A stretch of DNA of 64,000 bases, from positions 560,233 to 624,232 of the forward strand of contig NMRA01000033.1 in the NCBI GenBank assembly GCA_002633005.1. Direction: 5' to 3'. Of the stretch, positions 1-11,460 are shown piece after piece (within the stretch, counting starts at the first letter, position 1; the number at the start of each line of letters is the position of its first letter). This DNA comes from Phoronis australis. Its lineage: Eukaryota; Animalia; Phoronida. The notes under the pieces were generated by a model. The model was given only the letters and a program-made list of their open reading frames with translations, had not been told where the DNA came from and searched no databases. A program made the translations under genes and the position numbers.

Positions 1-325
1 CATAGGATCGAATTCGAACCCTTGGTTACGTAACTCGGGCAGTGGATTGACGGGTCTCGGTCAATTTGAACTTATGAAAAGCGACGATCTGCAAGTCGGT
101 AGATTAGTTCAGTTTTTGACCGCCAGGTGACTCCTTATCCATTCAAAATGGCGGTATTACTACCGAGTACCAGGAAATAGTGCGAGCAGAAATTTCACGA
201 TAAAAAACTAAGGGAACAGGGTAGGACAAATTTCTACGTATATTTGGAAAGATAACATTGCGAGGAATCGAACGATACCAAAATCATATGTCTAAGTCTT
301 TGTCGTCATATTGTAAACAATTACC

Positions 326-774
326 CAATTGCCCCTTAGCGAGTAGCTAACAGAGGCTTATATAATTCACCGGAAGCACATCTACAATATTCCCCCCTTC
401 CCTATGGAACGGACACGCGACCAGGAAGGTGAACACCAGGATGTCTCGCATACAGGTCATCAACGTCCCTTGGTACCTTTACCACTACAACACTGGTGAA
501 CACAAGGTAATCTCTCATACAGGTCCTTGACTCCTGGAACTTTTCACGCGCGCCGTCCTGAGGTCCGTGGGTATTAGTTGGCAGTGCTTCATCGGTAGAT
601 CATCCGTTTGCCGACTACACCATTTGTAGTAATAGCCGAGATTACCCGACGCGGGGATTGAACCAGCGACCCAAATAAAACCGGCAAGCGTGTTAACCAT
701 TCAGCTAATAGGCAATTGCGCCTTAGCGAGTAGCTAACAGAGGCTCATATAATTCACCGGAAGCACATCTACAA
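326..774 (-). mobile_element. tRNA-derived (SINE-like) element bracketed by ~62-bp direct repeats
   Basis: A box TAGCTGAATGG and B box GGTTCAATCCC at 645-713 on -; near-identical repeats at 326-387 and 713-774. Confidence 0.6.
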
Positions 775-1129
775 CACTAACGAGTCTGTGAAAGTCCGCC
801 TTGTCTCTAGCAAGTTCCAAGTACGAAGAACGAGTGAACCACGAGGTCGTTACATCATCGCTCCCAGCAGGTTCCATCCATTCTCCAATCAGAGCCATGA
901 TAGTAGAGAAGCCCGCGAACCTGACTATCCAATCAAACCTCATGTAACAGATGCACTGGTTCACTACATAAGAACACGGGATTTTGGCTAGATTTTTCTT
1001 GCTGCGAGACAGCTAATGAACTCTACAGTAATGACATGTCGAATGTATCATGTCCGAATTTTGAGAACTAGTTTTCTCAACTGATAGTGATAATGGGCAT
1101 CAAACTCATTCTCAAAATACGGGCACGTT

Positions 1130-1860
1130 ATATCTGACTATTGCCGAACTCTACCCTCACTTAATCAGCCACTATTCATTCCCAGTTTAATATAGAGAGT
1201 TCTTAACCCATTGGTTTTAAAGGATCTTTAGTGAAATTTGGCACATGCGTTCCTATGGAGCTGACAACAGAGGACAACAAGTTTCAGACCAATCCGAGTA
1301 CTACTGTGGCCCCTAGTGGCAATATGGTTTTTCTTATGTTTGCCTCTGTCAATGTTGCGAACTCCCTGTTGCATCTTTGTGACATTTGACAAATAGGTTT
1401 TTATTAAGAAGACACTGATGGCTTTTCGTTTTCACCACCTATTGCCCATTTGTGTTATTTGGAGTCTGTTTTTAGGCATCATCCTTTTCATTCTCAAATC
1501 TACTCAAGGGATCATTGTAAAACTTAACAGATGTGTTCCTACTGACGAGAGCATGACTGCGTGGATTTTCAAACAGGTCCAGCTAGTGTATTTCGACCTA
1601 TTGCATTTGTGTGTCTCCTAGACCCATTGCAAGATTTTTTGGAAATGTGGCAATGTGTATTCTTGTTAAGTTGACAACATGGATAGATCCGACTACGGTA
1701 CTGGTGTAATGGCAAATTGTTTTTTTTCAGGTTTGCCCTATGGAGTTCCTTGGATTTTCATATTTGACACCTTCCCATTTTTTGGATGGGTTTGACGTGT
1801 TCTGTGCTAAATAATGGCCATTTTTAATTACTTCTAGAGACCTACCATTTGTTGTACTTT
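1130..1860 (+). repeat. Dispersed repeat with ~145-bp subunits (CCTAGTGGCA family)
   Basis: Shares gaaatttggca, actactgtgg-cc-ctagtggcaa blocks with 44680-46000 and 48720-49500. Confidence 0.6.
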
Positions 1861-2668
1861 CGTGAGTTCATTTCAACGGCATTCAATGCTCTGTGTTGCT
1901 CTGGTATATGTTTGTCTACATGAAGTTCAGAAATAGTGATTAACCTTGGATTTGTTGTTTTTATGTCAACCAGGCGATGTCTATGCCCAGCCATTACCGC
2001 CCTGTACCAGGAGGCAGCATTGGTCACACTGGTTCTCCTGCAATGAATCGTACGTATTAACTCTGTTTTCATAACACTTCAAGATGCATATTTATGATAA
2101 TCATAACAATTTATTGCAATTATTTTTTCTCAGCTTGTTTTTGAAGAGTTGGGGTCAGAGAATTCTCATGTTTTATTAATGAGTGTTGTATTTTATTTTT
2201 ATGTCATTTTCTTTACCCCCGCCAGATGCATTTTGTTGATACAATATGCTCATTGTTTCCAAGTAGGCACTTGTAATTTTCCTTATGGTGTGTTCTCTTT
2301 CATTACCTAAGCCAACACTAGCTTGTATTATTCTTACTCATGTCGTAATACCTGAATGGAATGTAATTCACTTCCCTCAGTTTGGTCACTGGAGTCCACC
2401 TTAGGCGTTGTCATTGTGATTTTCAGTTGTTGTGAGAGAGACGTCTTGCTAGAACGGAGCACTTTTATGGTCAATATTTAGTAGTTATGAATTCGAACGC
2501 TGTTTACGAACTATGTTGTGTCTCGGATGCCACAGAAGTCTTCCCATATCTCATCTGATCACCTTTTCAACGTTTTTGGTGAATGTGGTAGATCATGTGC
2601 ACATTTGCTTTGTGAAACTTTTTGACGATTATACTCTTGTGTGTAGTTAAGCATGTGGTTCATTTCAG

Positions 2669-2778
2669 AGCGTGGACGTGGTCCCGGCACTCCCTATGGT
2701 CAAAATACTGGTGGAAGTCCTTTCGTCTATCACCAGAACACACCAGCTCCTTTTCAGCCTGTCAAAATGACAGCCAGG
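2669..2778 (+). CDS. SMARCE1: SMARCE1/BAF57 exon (N-terminal Pro/Gly-rich region; upstream exon(s) not identified)
   Basis: catttcag acceptor, gtgagt donor; RGRGPGTPYGQNTGGSPFVYHQNTPAPFQPVKMTAR splices in frame to the next exon. Confidence 0.75.
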
Positions 2779-3194
2779 GTGAGTACAATTAGCTGATGGT
2801 CTCTATCAACTCTGTTTTTTAATTCAATTTGTAATTTTTGCCATTTGATAATCTCTTGATACTTAAAACATCTGAGAAGTTGCATGGAAAGCAGTGAAAA
2901 TGCAGTTTGACTAAAGATTGATTGTGTTTAAAACTTGTGTCGTTAGCCATCTTTTTTATTCTTAAAGTGTAACATTTGTAAAAGGTTCCTTTAAATTTCT
3001 AGTGCTGCATCAATAAAAAAGCAGCGACAGTTGGGTGTCCCTGAGTTGATAGTATAATACACTCAAGACCTTCTGGCCTGCAACTTATAAAATATTCCTG
3101 TTTTAATGATGTCACTAGTTGATAAAAGTTATTCTGTGTGTCTCTTTTATATTGAACTGACTTGCTTACTAAAAGTTATCTTCTACATTTGCAG

Positions 3195-3269
3195 AGTGAG
3201 GTTAAAGTTCCCAAGCCGCCCAAACCTCCTGACAAGCCGCTAATGCCTTACATGAGGTTTAGCAGGAAA
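3195..3269 (+). CDS. SMARCE1: SMARCE1 exon, start of HMG box
   Basis: [25 protein letters not shown] is the BAF57 signature; ttgcag / gtaagt. Confidence 0.96.
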
Positions 3270-3565
3270 GTAAGTAAAAATGTAAGAGGCGTGGCTTTTT
3301 TGTTTTCTTTCTTTTTTTCTTGCTTCTTTGGTGTAGTGGTTTTCGCAAATGACACAATTTCTTCACATAATTTGAAATTTGCACAAAGTTTAGACAAAGG
3401 TGGCGAAATTATAACGGTTAACGAACGAATGGTCAATTTAGTCGTCAGATAGTTGCACGGAAACAAAAATCAGACAAAAGTTACTCAGAAGAGATTATAT
3501 TGGTTACTTCAAATATATACTGAATTTTCACGATAAGGAATTGTGTCACTTTTGAAACTGCTTGT

Positions 3566-3997
3566 TGAAGGGGAAAGCAGACGTTTTTGTTGTTACCATT
3601 TGTAAAAATGCAGATCCCTTCTCATTGGACAGATATTTTACTGTGTTAACTACTGGCCCTTTGCTGTTTATCAAGTATCCGCGGAGTGCTTGGAAAATAA
3701 CGTAAATAGTTCAGCAAGACCCACATCTTGGTTCTTCGTTCACTTAAATTGAGCAAACATGCATGACCGACACAGACCATGTTCAGTTGCAAGTAAGGCA
3801 TTGTATTTGCTCAATGGAAGTGAACACGGAGCAAAGGTGTGGGCATTTTACTGGGCCATTTGCGTCATTACTAGTTTCCGTGGACAATAAATGAATGTGA
3901 AGGGACGCTTAAGTAAACACGGAAATATCTGTTTCCAAGGTAATCGGGGATATATTTTTACTCAAGCTAATGGCAAAAATGGCTGTGTTCCCTTTAA
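3566..3997. mobile_element. Degenerate fold-back MITE, Kolobok-like
   Basis: Ends ttgaaggggaaagcag / ctgtgttccctttaa; arms are imperfect inverted repeats over most of the length. Confidence 0.6.
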
Positions 3998-4645
3998 AGG
4001 GACATTTCTTGCTCACTGCCATGATCACAAACCATAAACCAGGTTACCTGACCTCTCAAAATATGTTTCTGACCTGTCCATACCATGATTGGAAGTGATC
4101 TCCATCTCCCAGCAGGCTGCGTTCCATAAACCTACACGACACTTGCAAAGCATTTGTGATGAGGAGTCTTCATTTTTGGAAAGGAAACGGCGATTTTATA
4201 TCGTAACATAATGTTCTAACGTGACCAACCGATCGCTTGTTGCTGACGTCATGCAAGAGTACGCTAGTAACGTCCCGAGCAAACTTACAAAACGCTTGCT
4301 TTTTACTCTTGTCATTTTGCATGGTCTTGCGTAATCTTGCTTTTTTGGCGAGTTCCTGGCATCTGCATAACACAGTTTAGATGAGTTTGTGCACATGCAA
4401 GTAAAAATAGTGTTTTCACACTAAATGTGATATCTTTGAGAAAAGTCTTCAAATTTGACAGGGAGGGATAACTAACTCTTCCAATATTGAACGGTTTTAT
4501 GTCTACCGTAGGTGATCCCTATATTTCTTGGGTGGTAAAAACTTTTTCGTTCGTGGCCAGCAAAATTTTGTGGAATTAGTATTATAAAGGTTTATCGTCT
4601 TATTTCATATTCGTGCTTGGGATGTAAATGGAAAGAAATGTCCCT
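3998..4645. mobile_element. TTAA-flanked MITE, Kolobok-like
   Basis: Perfect 13-bp TIR AGGGACATTTCTT / AAGAAATGTCCCT with TTAA on both sides. Confidence 0.8.
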
Positions 4646-6470
4646 TTAACCTATGTGTTTGATTTCAAATTGTTATGAATTACATAAATTGTGGTTTCGT
4701 TGAACATGTGATCGTGCAAGTTTGATTAGATTGAGTCCAAGTGAACTCATGTAGAACATTTTGAATCCCATCTGTATATTATGTGTTATGTTTCCAGTTT
4801 ATTTTTAAAGATCTGTCTGCTTTGGATAAGACATAACTGCGCAACCTCATTTTCTGAAGGCTTGCAGGGTTGCACCTTACGTAAACAGTTCCGCACGATT
4901 TTCAACGACTGCGACTCCAAAATGAGTCATTTACTGTTTGAATGTTTTTACATTTGTGGATGTCAAATTTGAAATCGCTTGTGTAATGTACTAAATTATT
5001 TTCAATCTGATATCGCGTCATATTTGACATGATGTGCCTCCAAGAATAACTGCTGCCTAAATATACTGAAAATCATGCTAGCACACAAATAGTAGTTGTT
5101 GGCAAGGTATTCAATTTAAGTCATTCGTTTCGTTATGAGGAACATTATTGTTTTTGCTATTCGCAAAGTGTACACTTTGTGCTAAACTGTCTTCAGATTG
5201 CTTAAGAAATGTCTAACTCTTGGCAACGAGCATGTAACGGTTGCACAGTGTTTGTGTTTTGTTGGGGGCAATTCCAGAATTCAGGGCAACCGGTCGACAC
5301 GATCATGCAGTGACGGAAATTGACGATCGACTTAAACTTGCCCTGCGGACAATTCTGAAACAACTTTCCGCCTGCTCGGTTGTCTGTGAAAGAAATATGG
5401 AGATGGAGGTGATACTTGAGACTCACACCAGCAGTAGCAGTGCTAAAGATTCACACATTTATTGATTATTCTGTGATGGTTTTACATAACAAACTCTTAG
5501 TATTGATTTTTAGGTCCTGTACTATATTTCTGCGTCATCTTATTGCAAATATATCTGTTGTAAATTCTTTACAATATTTTATGGACTAGATTATTACTGA
5601 TTTTTCTGTGTCCACCGGCATTTACCAAGAGACACTACCAAAAAAGAGCCCTCATAGTGAATGTTTCGGGACTGACAAGAGGCTCATGTACGGAATAGAA
5701 GACAAGATGTCATTAATTTATTAAATTTTCATCCGTGAAAGGACCATCAAGTATTTGAAGTTCTCTCTTGTCAACGAAAGCTTCACCGGAATTCTCGTTT
5801 AGTTGTTGAACTGCTGACAAGGTGAACCCAGGTGGGATATGAAGTCCATGACACAGCAGTGTGATAGACGTTCACTTATTTTCTGAAATAGCTCAATGGG
5901 CACTATTTGGAAGCAAAATCATTTTGATTTTTCTTTATTATTTTTTTAGCTGCTTTTCCGTTCCATGTTATTATTGATTCCTTTGTGCTGTGTTCTTGCT
6001 GAATTCTCTGTGAGAGGAATCTATTTGCTACGCATGCATTCATATATGTACTTCTAAAGTTGCATTTTGCACTGGTTAGTTGGCTAAAAAACAAAAATCA
6101 TGTTAAAACTTTTACTTGTGTAAAATTGGTCTCGTAATATTCGTTATCGTGATAGGATTCGATTTCCGTTATCAATAACAAGTTATTACATATCTGATAT
6201 TTTAGTACTGTGTCACATATCGTTCTGCGTTATTACTGATTTTCTGTATGATGTGGTTTTTCACTTTTCTTCAATATATGATTTTCTGATTTTCCAATGA
6301 ATCTACATTATTACTGGTTGCCATGGATGGGCATTATAGGAATGTTTTAATTGGATATGCATTAAAAACTTTCAGAGCACTGCCACTTAGGCATCATTTT
6401 ATAACCTGTGGTTGGGCATTCGATTAACAATTGTCAAATTACACCTTCACTGGTCTATCATGCTGTTTAG

Positions 6471-6602
6471 GTGTGGGACTCGGTCAAGAATGAGCGTCCT
6501 GACGCCAAGCTGTGGGAGATTGGCAAGATCATTGGGCAGAAGTGGCGGGAAATGTCTGATGAGGAGAAGCAGACGTACACGGCTGAGTATGAGGAAGAGA
6601 AG
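6471..6602 (+). CDS. SMARCE1: SMARCE1 exon, HMG box
   Basis: [44 protein letters not shown]; tttag / gtaaag. Confidence 0.96.
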
Positions 6603-7212
6603 GTAAAGGATTTGCCTTTGACCCTTGACCTTTTGGGTTGAAGTGAGGTGGGGAAATGCATTGTTGGCTAAGTGTCGGCTGAGAAGTTAGTGAGCACATC
6701 CCAAGAATGAAGAAGAGAGATTTGGTTAATGCGTTGTTAAGGATACGTTTGATGAGCGGGCATTTTTACTATTACCTTTGAGCAGAAATGTTAGGTATGA
6801 ATGCTTGATGATTTGGTTGCAAATATTTTGTAAATTTGAAGTCGAAGGGAATCCTTCAAGATGCTGCATGTAGGTAGTAGCGCTCGTAACTGGTACATGT
6901 CATCAGTGCGGCACCTCCAGGGACACTATAGGCACTTATGGGTTATTGAGATCACTGAGCCATGTTATTTATTCGTCACTGCTGAGGCTGCAGTCATAAA
7001 CATCTTGCTAGTTTTTCTTCTGTTCACGTGTACGTTTCAGAAATGACCTTCAATACAGCGCAGTGATTTTACTGTTTAAACCTAAAATTTTCACATGACT
7101 CGCACATCTTTATTATAGTCTCGGTAAGGTGCATTTGCAGATGGAGAGTGCATTGTGGCTTCAAAGTTTACTTGCGACTCAGAACATTGTATGTGTGTGT
7201 GTGTGTTGGCAG

Positions 7213-7390
7213 ATGATGTACAATGAGGCGATGAAGCAATACCACAACTCGCCTATGTACCAGGCATATATCGCCGCTAAGAACCGTGCGGAGCAGCTGA
7301 TTGAAGAGGAGGAACGTAGTGCTAATAGTCACGTGCCTCGCGGCAAACAGGAAGTGCGCATCAGCATACAGCCAGCAGAGGATGATGATG
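7213..7390 (+). CDS. SMARCE1: SMARCE1 exon, end of HMG box and linker
   Basis: [23 protein letters not shown]...[10 protein letters not shown]; ggcag / gtattt, phase 1. Confidence 0.93.
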
Positions 7391-7616
7391 GTATTTAGTT
7401 TCAAAGGATTGTTTCGATACAGTGCAGTCACTTGAATTGAATTATAATATTTTGGTTTATGTGAGCATCTGGAAAACCCTGTTTACTATGACCTGTTTCT
7501 TTGAAAACACCAATTAATCTTCAAAGGGCATCAGAAAGTGTTTATAGCAAGGTTCATTGTGCTCTTAAACATGTACATATTTTTATTTGTTGCAATAACG
7601 AGTTTTACCATTTTAG

Positions 7617-7789
7617 ATATGGACGAAGGCTTTTCCATCAAACACCTGGCTGCTTCACGTTACCATAGAAACCATCGGCTGGTCAATGAGATCTTCAGCG
7701 AGCTAGCTGTGCCTGATGTCCGGGCGGTTGTCACCAAGAACCGCATGGCCGTTTTGAAACGTCAGGTGCAATCTCTTACCACTCATCAG
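7617..7789 (+). CDS. SMARCE1: SMARCE1 exon, NHRLI-type domain
   Basis: [27 protein letters not shown]...[16 protein letters not shown]; ttttag / gtaggt. Confidence 0.96.
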
Positions 7790-8283
7790 GTAGGTTCATG
7801 GTTCAGGTCAGCCTGAGTTCAAAGGTCAATGCTAATCTGTAGGGCTTGCTTTTCCATGAAATATAGCTGACTTTAATCAAGATATTTGTGTGCGACAGAA
7901 GGGACTAGCTTTAAGACTGCACTAACATCATTACCTCCATCAAGTGGACAGGTAACGCCACTAGGATTTTGCCTTTGTGCATAATTTTCAGTGGTGTTGT
8001 AATAGTTTGCTGCAAAAAAAAATGTGGATTAGTTTTGCTGCATGTTTAACTTTTGAAAGTTGTCAGTGAGATGGGTTTTCCACTTTCAAAATACATTAAA
8101 GGGAAATAGTTATTCACTCTGCATTCTCCAATTGCTGTTGTCGTGTTATGGTAGGATGGTGTTGTCAAGACACAAATACAGTATTGCGATGGAGCAGTTT
8201 GTGGCTTCATTAGGTGTGGTTTGAAGTTTTCAATGCAAATTAACCTCTCTTTGGCCTTATGGTTTCTGCATTGGCTGTTTCAG

Positions 8284-8385
8284 AAAAAGCTGGAGTCAGA
8301 ACTGAAAGGGATTGAAGAAAAACACGATGAGAAAAAACGGAAATTTGTCGAATCCAGCGAGCAGTTCCATGAGAAACTCAAAAAG
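8284..8385 (+). CDS. SMARCE1: SMARCE1 exon, coiled coil
   Basis: KKLESELKGIEEKHDEKKRKFVESSEQFHEKLKK; tttcag / gtaata. Confidence 0.94.
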
Positions 8386-9381
8386 GTAATAATATAAGGT
8401 GAAACTTTGGCTAAGCTCTGTAGAAATATTGTTTGCATTGACTGTCTCAAGAAGTTCAAGATACTTGCAGTTTTAGCACAATATACTTTGCTATAGTTGC
8501 TTTTTAGAAATCTCTTTAGTTGATATCTGCCAATGTTGAGGCTTCATCACACTGTTAAGACTATCAAGTTTATTCTGTTGGTTTGACAGTAAACTTTTGT
8601 TATGCTTGTTAGATTTCATTAAAGATACTTTGTAAATGCGCTAGTTGTCCTTGACAAGTTGTTAGGTTGAATTGTTTAAGCATTAACTCTAATCACTGGT
8701 GATGCCTAGCTTTGTTCTTGTGACAACTTTAAATCTAAACGCAGTTTCACTACAGATATTGGGAATGGTCATGGAATCACAAATCTCACTGACTAACACT
8801 CCATGCACACTCTGGATTAGGAATTTAAACCTAGCTCTTGTGCTTAGATACGTTTGCTATTCAATACGTGATTCAGGTAATTACTGTGAACTGCAGTATA
8901 GCTTGGCATTGAATCATGGCAGACCACACAGCTCAGACTGTGCTAAGTGTAGCATGGGAACTGAGAACTTCAACATTTAGTAGAGGTTTGCCCTGCCTAT
9001 CAAATGTTTCACAGCCTTCTAACTCAAGGACTCATAGACTGGCTGAAGGAAGTAACCAGAGTATGCAGGTTTAAGAGTCTTTTTAAATTCCTAAGAACGA
9101 CGGGTAGATTCTCCCATGGGGAACCGCATGCTGGGAGTCCCCATGAGTGCAATGGGGCCAGATGTGTGGCCTAAGTACACAGCTAAAAGCATCAGGCCTC
9201 CTGCCTATTTTTTTAATAATTATTTGATCAGTGACTCGCTTTGACTGAACTATTGCATTTTTCACTTTTATGATTTAATTTTTTAGTCAAGTCTCAAGTA
9301 AACTCAGTGGTCACAAACCCATTTCTTATGTAATAAAAATTATTATGTGGCTGTACGTGAATAGATGTGTTCTCTTCGCAG

Positions 9382-9666
9382 CTTTGTGAAGATAAGCCGA
9401 CTGTGCCAGATGAACAGTTCCAGTCGATGGTTGAGAAGGCGAAGGAGGATATCCGTGCGCGGCAGCTGGAGATGCAGCGAGAGAAGGAACTACAGGAGAG
9501 TCTGGAGAAAGAGAAGCGGGAGGAGGCAGAGCGACAGCAGAGGCAGGAGGAGGAGGCAGAGCTGGCTAGGCAGGAGGCGGAGTTGGCCAAGGAGGCGGAG
9601 TCTAAGGAGGCGGTGCCAGCAGATGATGGACAGGTGGTGGACAGAGAAGTGGTACCACCACAACAG
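9382..9666 (+). CDS. SMARCE1: SMARCE1 exon, charged coiled coil / acidic tail
   Basis: LCEDKPTVPDEQF...EVVPPQQ; ttcgcag / gtatgg; in frame. Confidence 0.88.
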
Positions 9667-9873
9667 GTATGGGAATTAAAATGTTGCTGCTGGTACAGGT
9701 GTGTCTACTGAATACATTGCAGTTGACAACATATCATTTTTTAACCACAGAACAAGCCATCTTTTTAAGATTTAATTTTTGCATTGTCTTTCTGGATAGG
9801 GCCTTGTAAAGCAATCCCTTTTTGTTAAAATCTTTGAAATGGTATTGAGATATGAATACATTGTTCCATGCAG

Positions 9874-10024
9874 GCCATTGAAGGCAGTGAGCTGCAGATG
9901 AGCTGTGAGGAGCCATCTTTGGACAATGATCAACCTGCAGAGGTCGCCACTACAGAGAACTCTGAATTTAAGGCAAATAATATGACGAACTATGAACCAG
10001 CAGATACAAATGAGAAAATAGAAG
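9874..10024 (+). CDS. SMARCE1: SMARCE1 exon, acidic low-complexity tail
   Basis: AIEGSELQMSCEE...NEKIE; atgcag / gtatgt; phase 0 in, phase 1 out, matching both neighbours. Confidence 0.75.
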
Positions 10025-10086
10025 GTATGTATAAGGGGACAGAATACAAACCTGTGTAACTAGCAAATGTTTAGGAGGATGAAGGA

Positions 10087-10246
10087 ATTTGTTGTCTACA
10101 CATTTAAACTGTTATTTGTTGTCTACTTTACACATTTAAACTGTTATTTGTTGTCTACTTTACACATTTAAACTGTTATTTGTTGTCTACTTTACACATT
10201 TAAACTGTTATTTGTTGTCTACTTTACACATTTAAACTGTTATTTG
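10087..10246. repeat. 32-bp minisatellite, ~5 copies (SMARCE1 last intron)
   Basis: Unit atttgttgtctactttacacatttaaactgtt. Confidence 0.95.
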
Positions 10247-11125
10247 GTTTTTCTCCAAGCATTTTCCAATGTTCCTACGACTCCTTAATAGCATTAAAAG
10301 TTGTCAAGAGTCTTGCATTGTCTTACAGTGATGCAAGACTACATTTTTATGTTTTTCTGTGTTTAATTGTGTCTTAATTGTATTATGTGGCTGGTGAAAA
10401 TTAGCCTTCACTCTGTGCTGGTGTTACAGCGTGACGTGGATCGGCAAATTGATTGCAACATTGTCAGCTGTACACAGAAGTATACTTACACCATGCAGTT
10501 TCCATGTTCGTTGTCCAATGCCCAGAGTTAGTGACATTAACAAACTATGGCCAGCATTTCCCATTCTTGCACACATCTTGAAGTGACTTGTACAAGGTTG
10601 CTCAACTAATGATGTCTTATCTTGGTGAATGACCAAGCTGCTCTCAGCACAGTGCAAGATCATATGGCAGCACTGAAACGTAATTTGTATGCCAGTACGA
10701 GTGAAACATGTTCCTTCAATACTGGGCTTTGCCTTGTCAACTTTAATGTCACCAAACAAAAGCAGGCGGCTTTGCATCATCTCGGTTCAACACCAGGGGT
10801 GCTGACGCATCAGTCTTCACATCACAGTACAACACATACGTTATTGTTGCGATTCACCAGGAAGCAGCAAACGCAAAAAGCAGATGAGTCTCACAAAGCT
10901 GTGCACTTAGAACACCCTTCCGTGGTGTATGTATGATTCTAACATTCTCACAGGGACAGTGATGAGGTGTCTAAGTGTGAATGTATAGCCTACATGCCTG
11001 TAGCAGTATTTGTTACGTGTTGCAGTATATTTAATGCACAAACCAGTTGCCCTGTTTTGTTTAGTGGCAAACTTATGTTCAGTTCTTGTAAGCGTATTGT
11101 TGACCACTGTTGTTTTCTTTTTCAG

Positions 11126-11460
11126 AGAACCAGTCAATGGAAACAGACGAAGGAGACAGAGTCCCTGATACTCCGTCAGTTATAGACGAGCAGCCGCAGG
11201 TTTCCACGGCAACAGTGGAAGAGAATGTCCAGCCACAAGCATCTTCATCGCAGCCGGATGCTGTGACAGAAAGTGAGCTGCAGAATGAGTCGGATAACAA
11301 AGTGGAGTCAACAACAGAGGGGGCTGTGCAACCAGAACAGTCATTGAGTTGTGACACCACAACCGCACAAGAACCTATGGAATTGAGTGAATCGACGGTT
11401 GACTCGTCATCTGAGGCAAAAACTATTGAATCATCACATGTGGCAGATAGTACCAGCTAG
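11126..11460 (+). CDS. SMARCE1: SMARCE1 last coding exon, acidic S/T/E-rich tail
   Basis: ttttcag acceptor, phase 1; NQSMETDEGD...VADSTS then TAG at 11458-11460. Confidence 0.8.

Noticed and set aside
645-713. Functional tRNA gene
   Set aside because: A and B boxes present but acceptor and anticodon stems pair poorly; treated as a SINE-like head
10087-10246. CRISPR-like 32-bp repeats (also the 29-bp array)
   Set aside because: Head-to-tail units without unique spacers, eukaryotic intron, no cas genes
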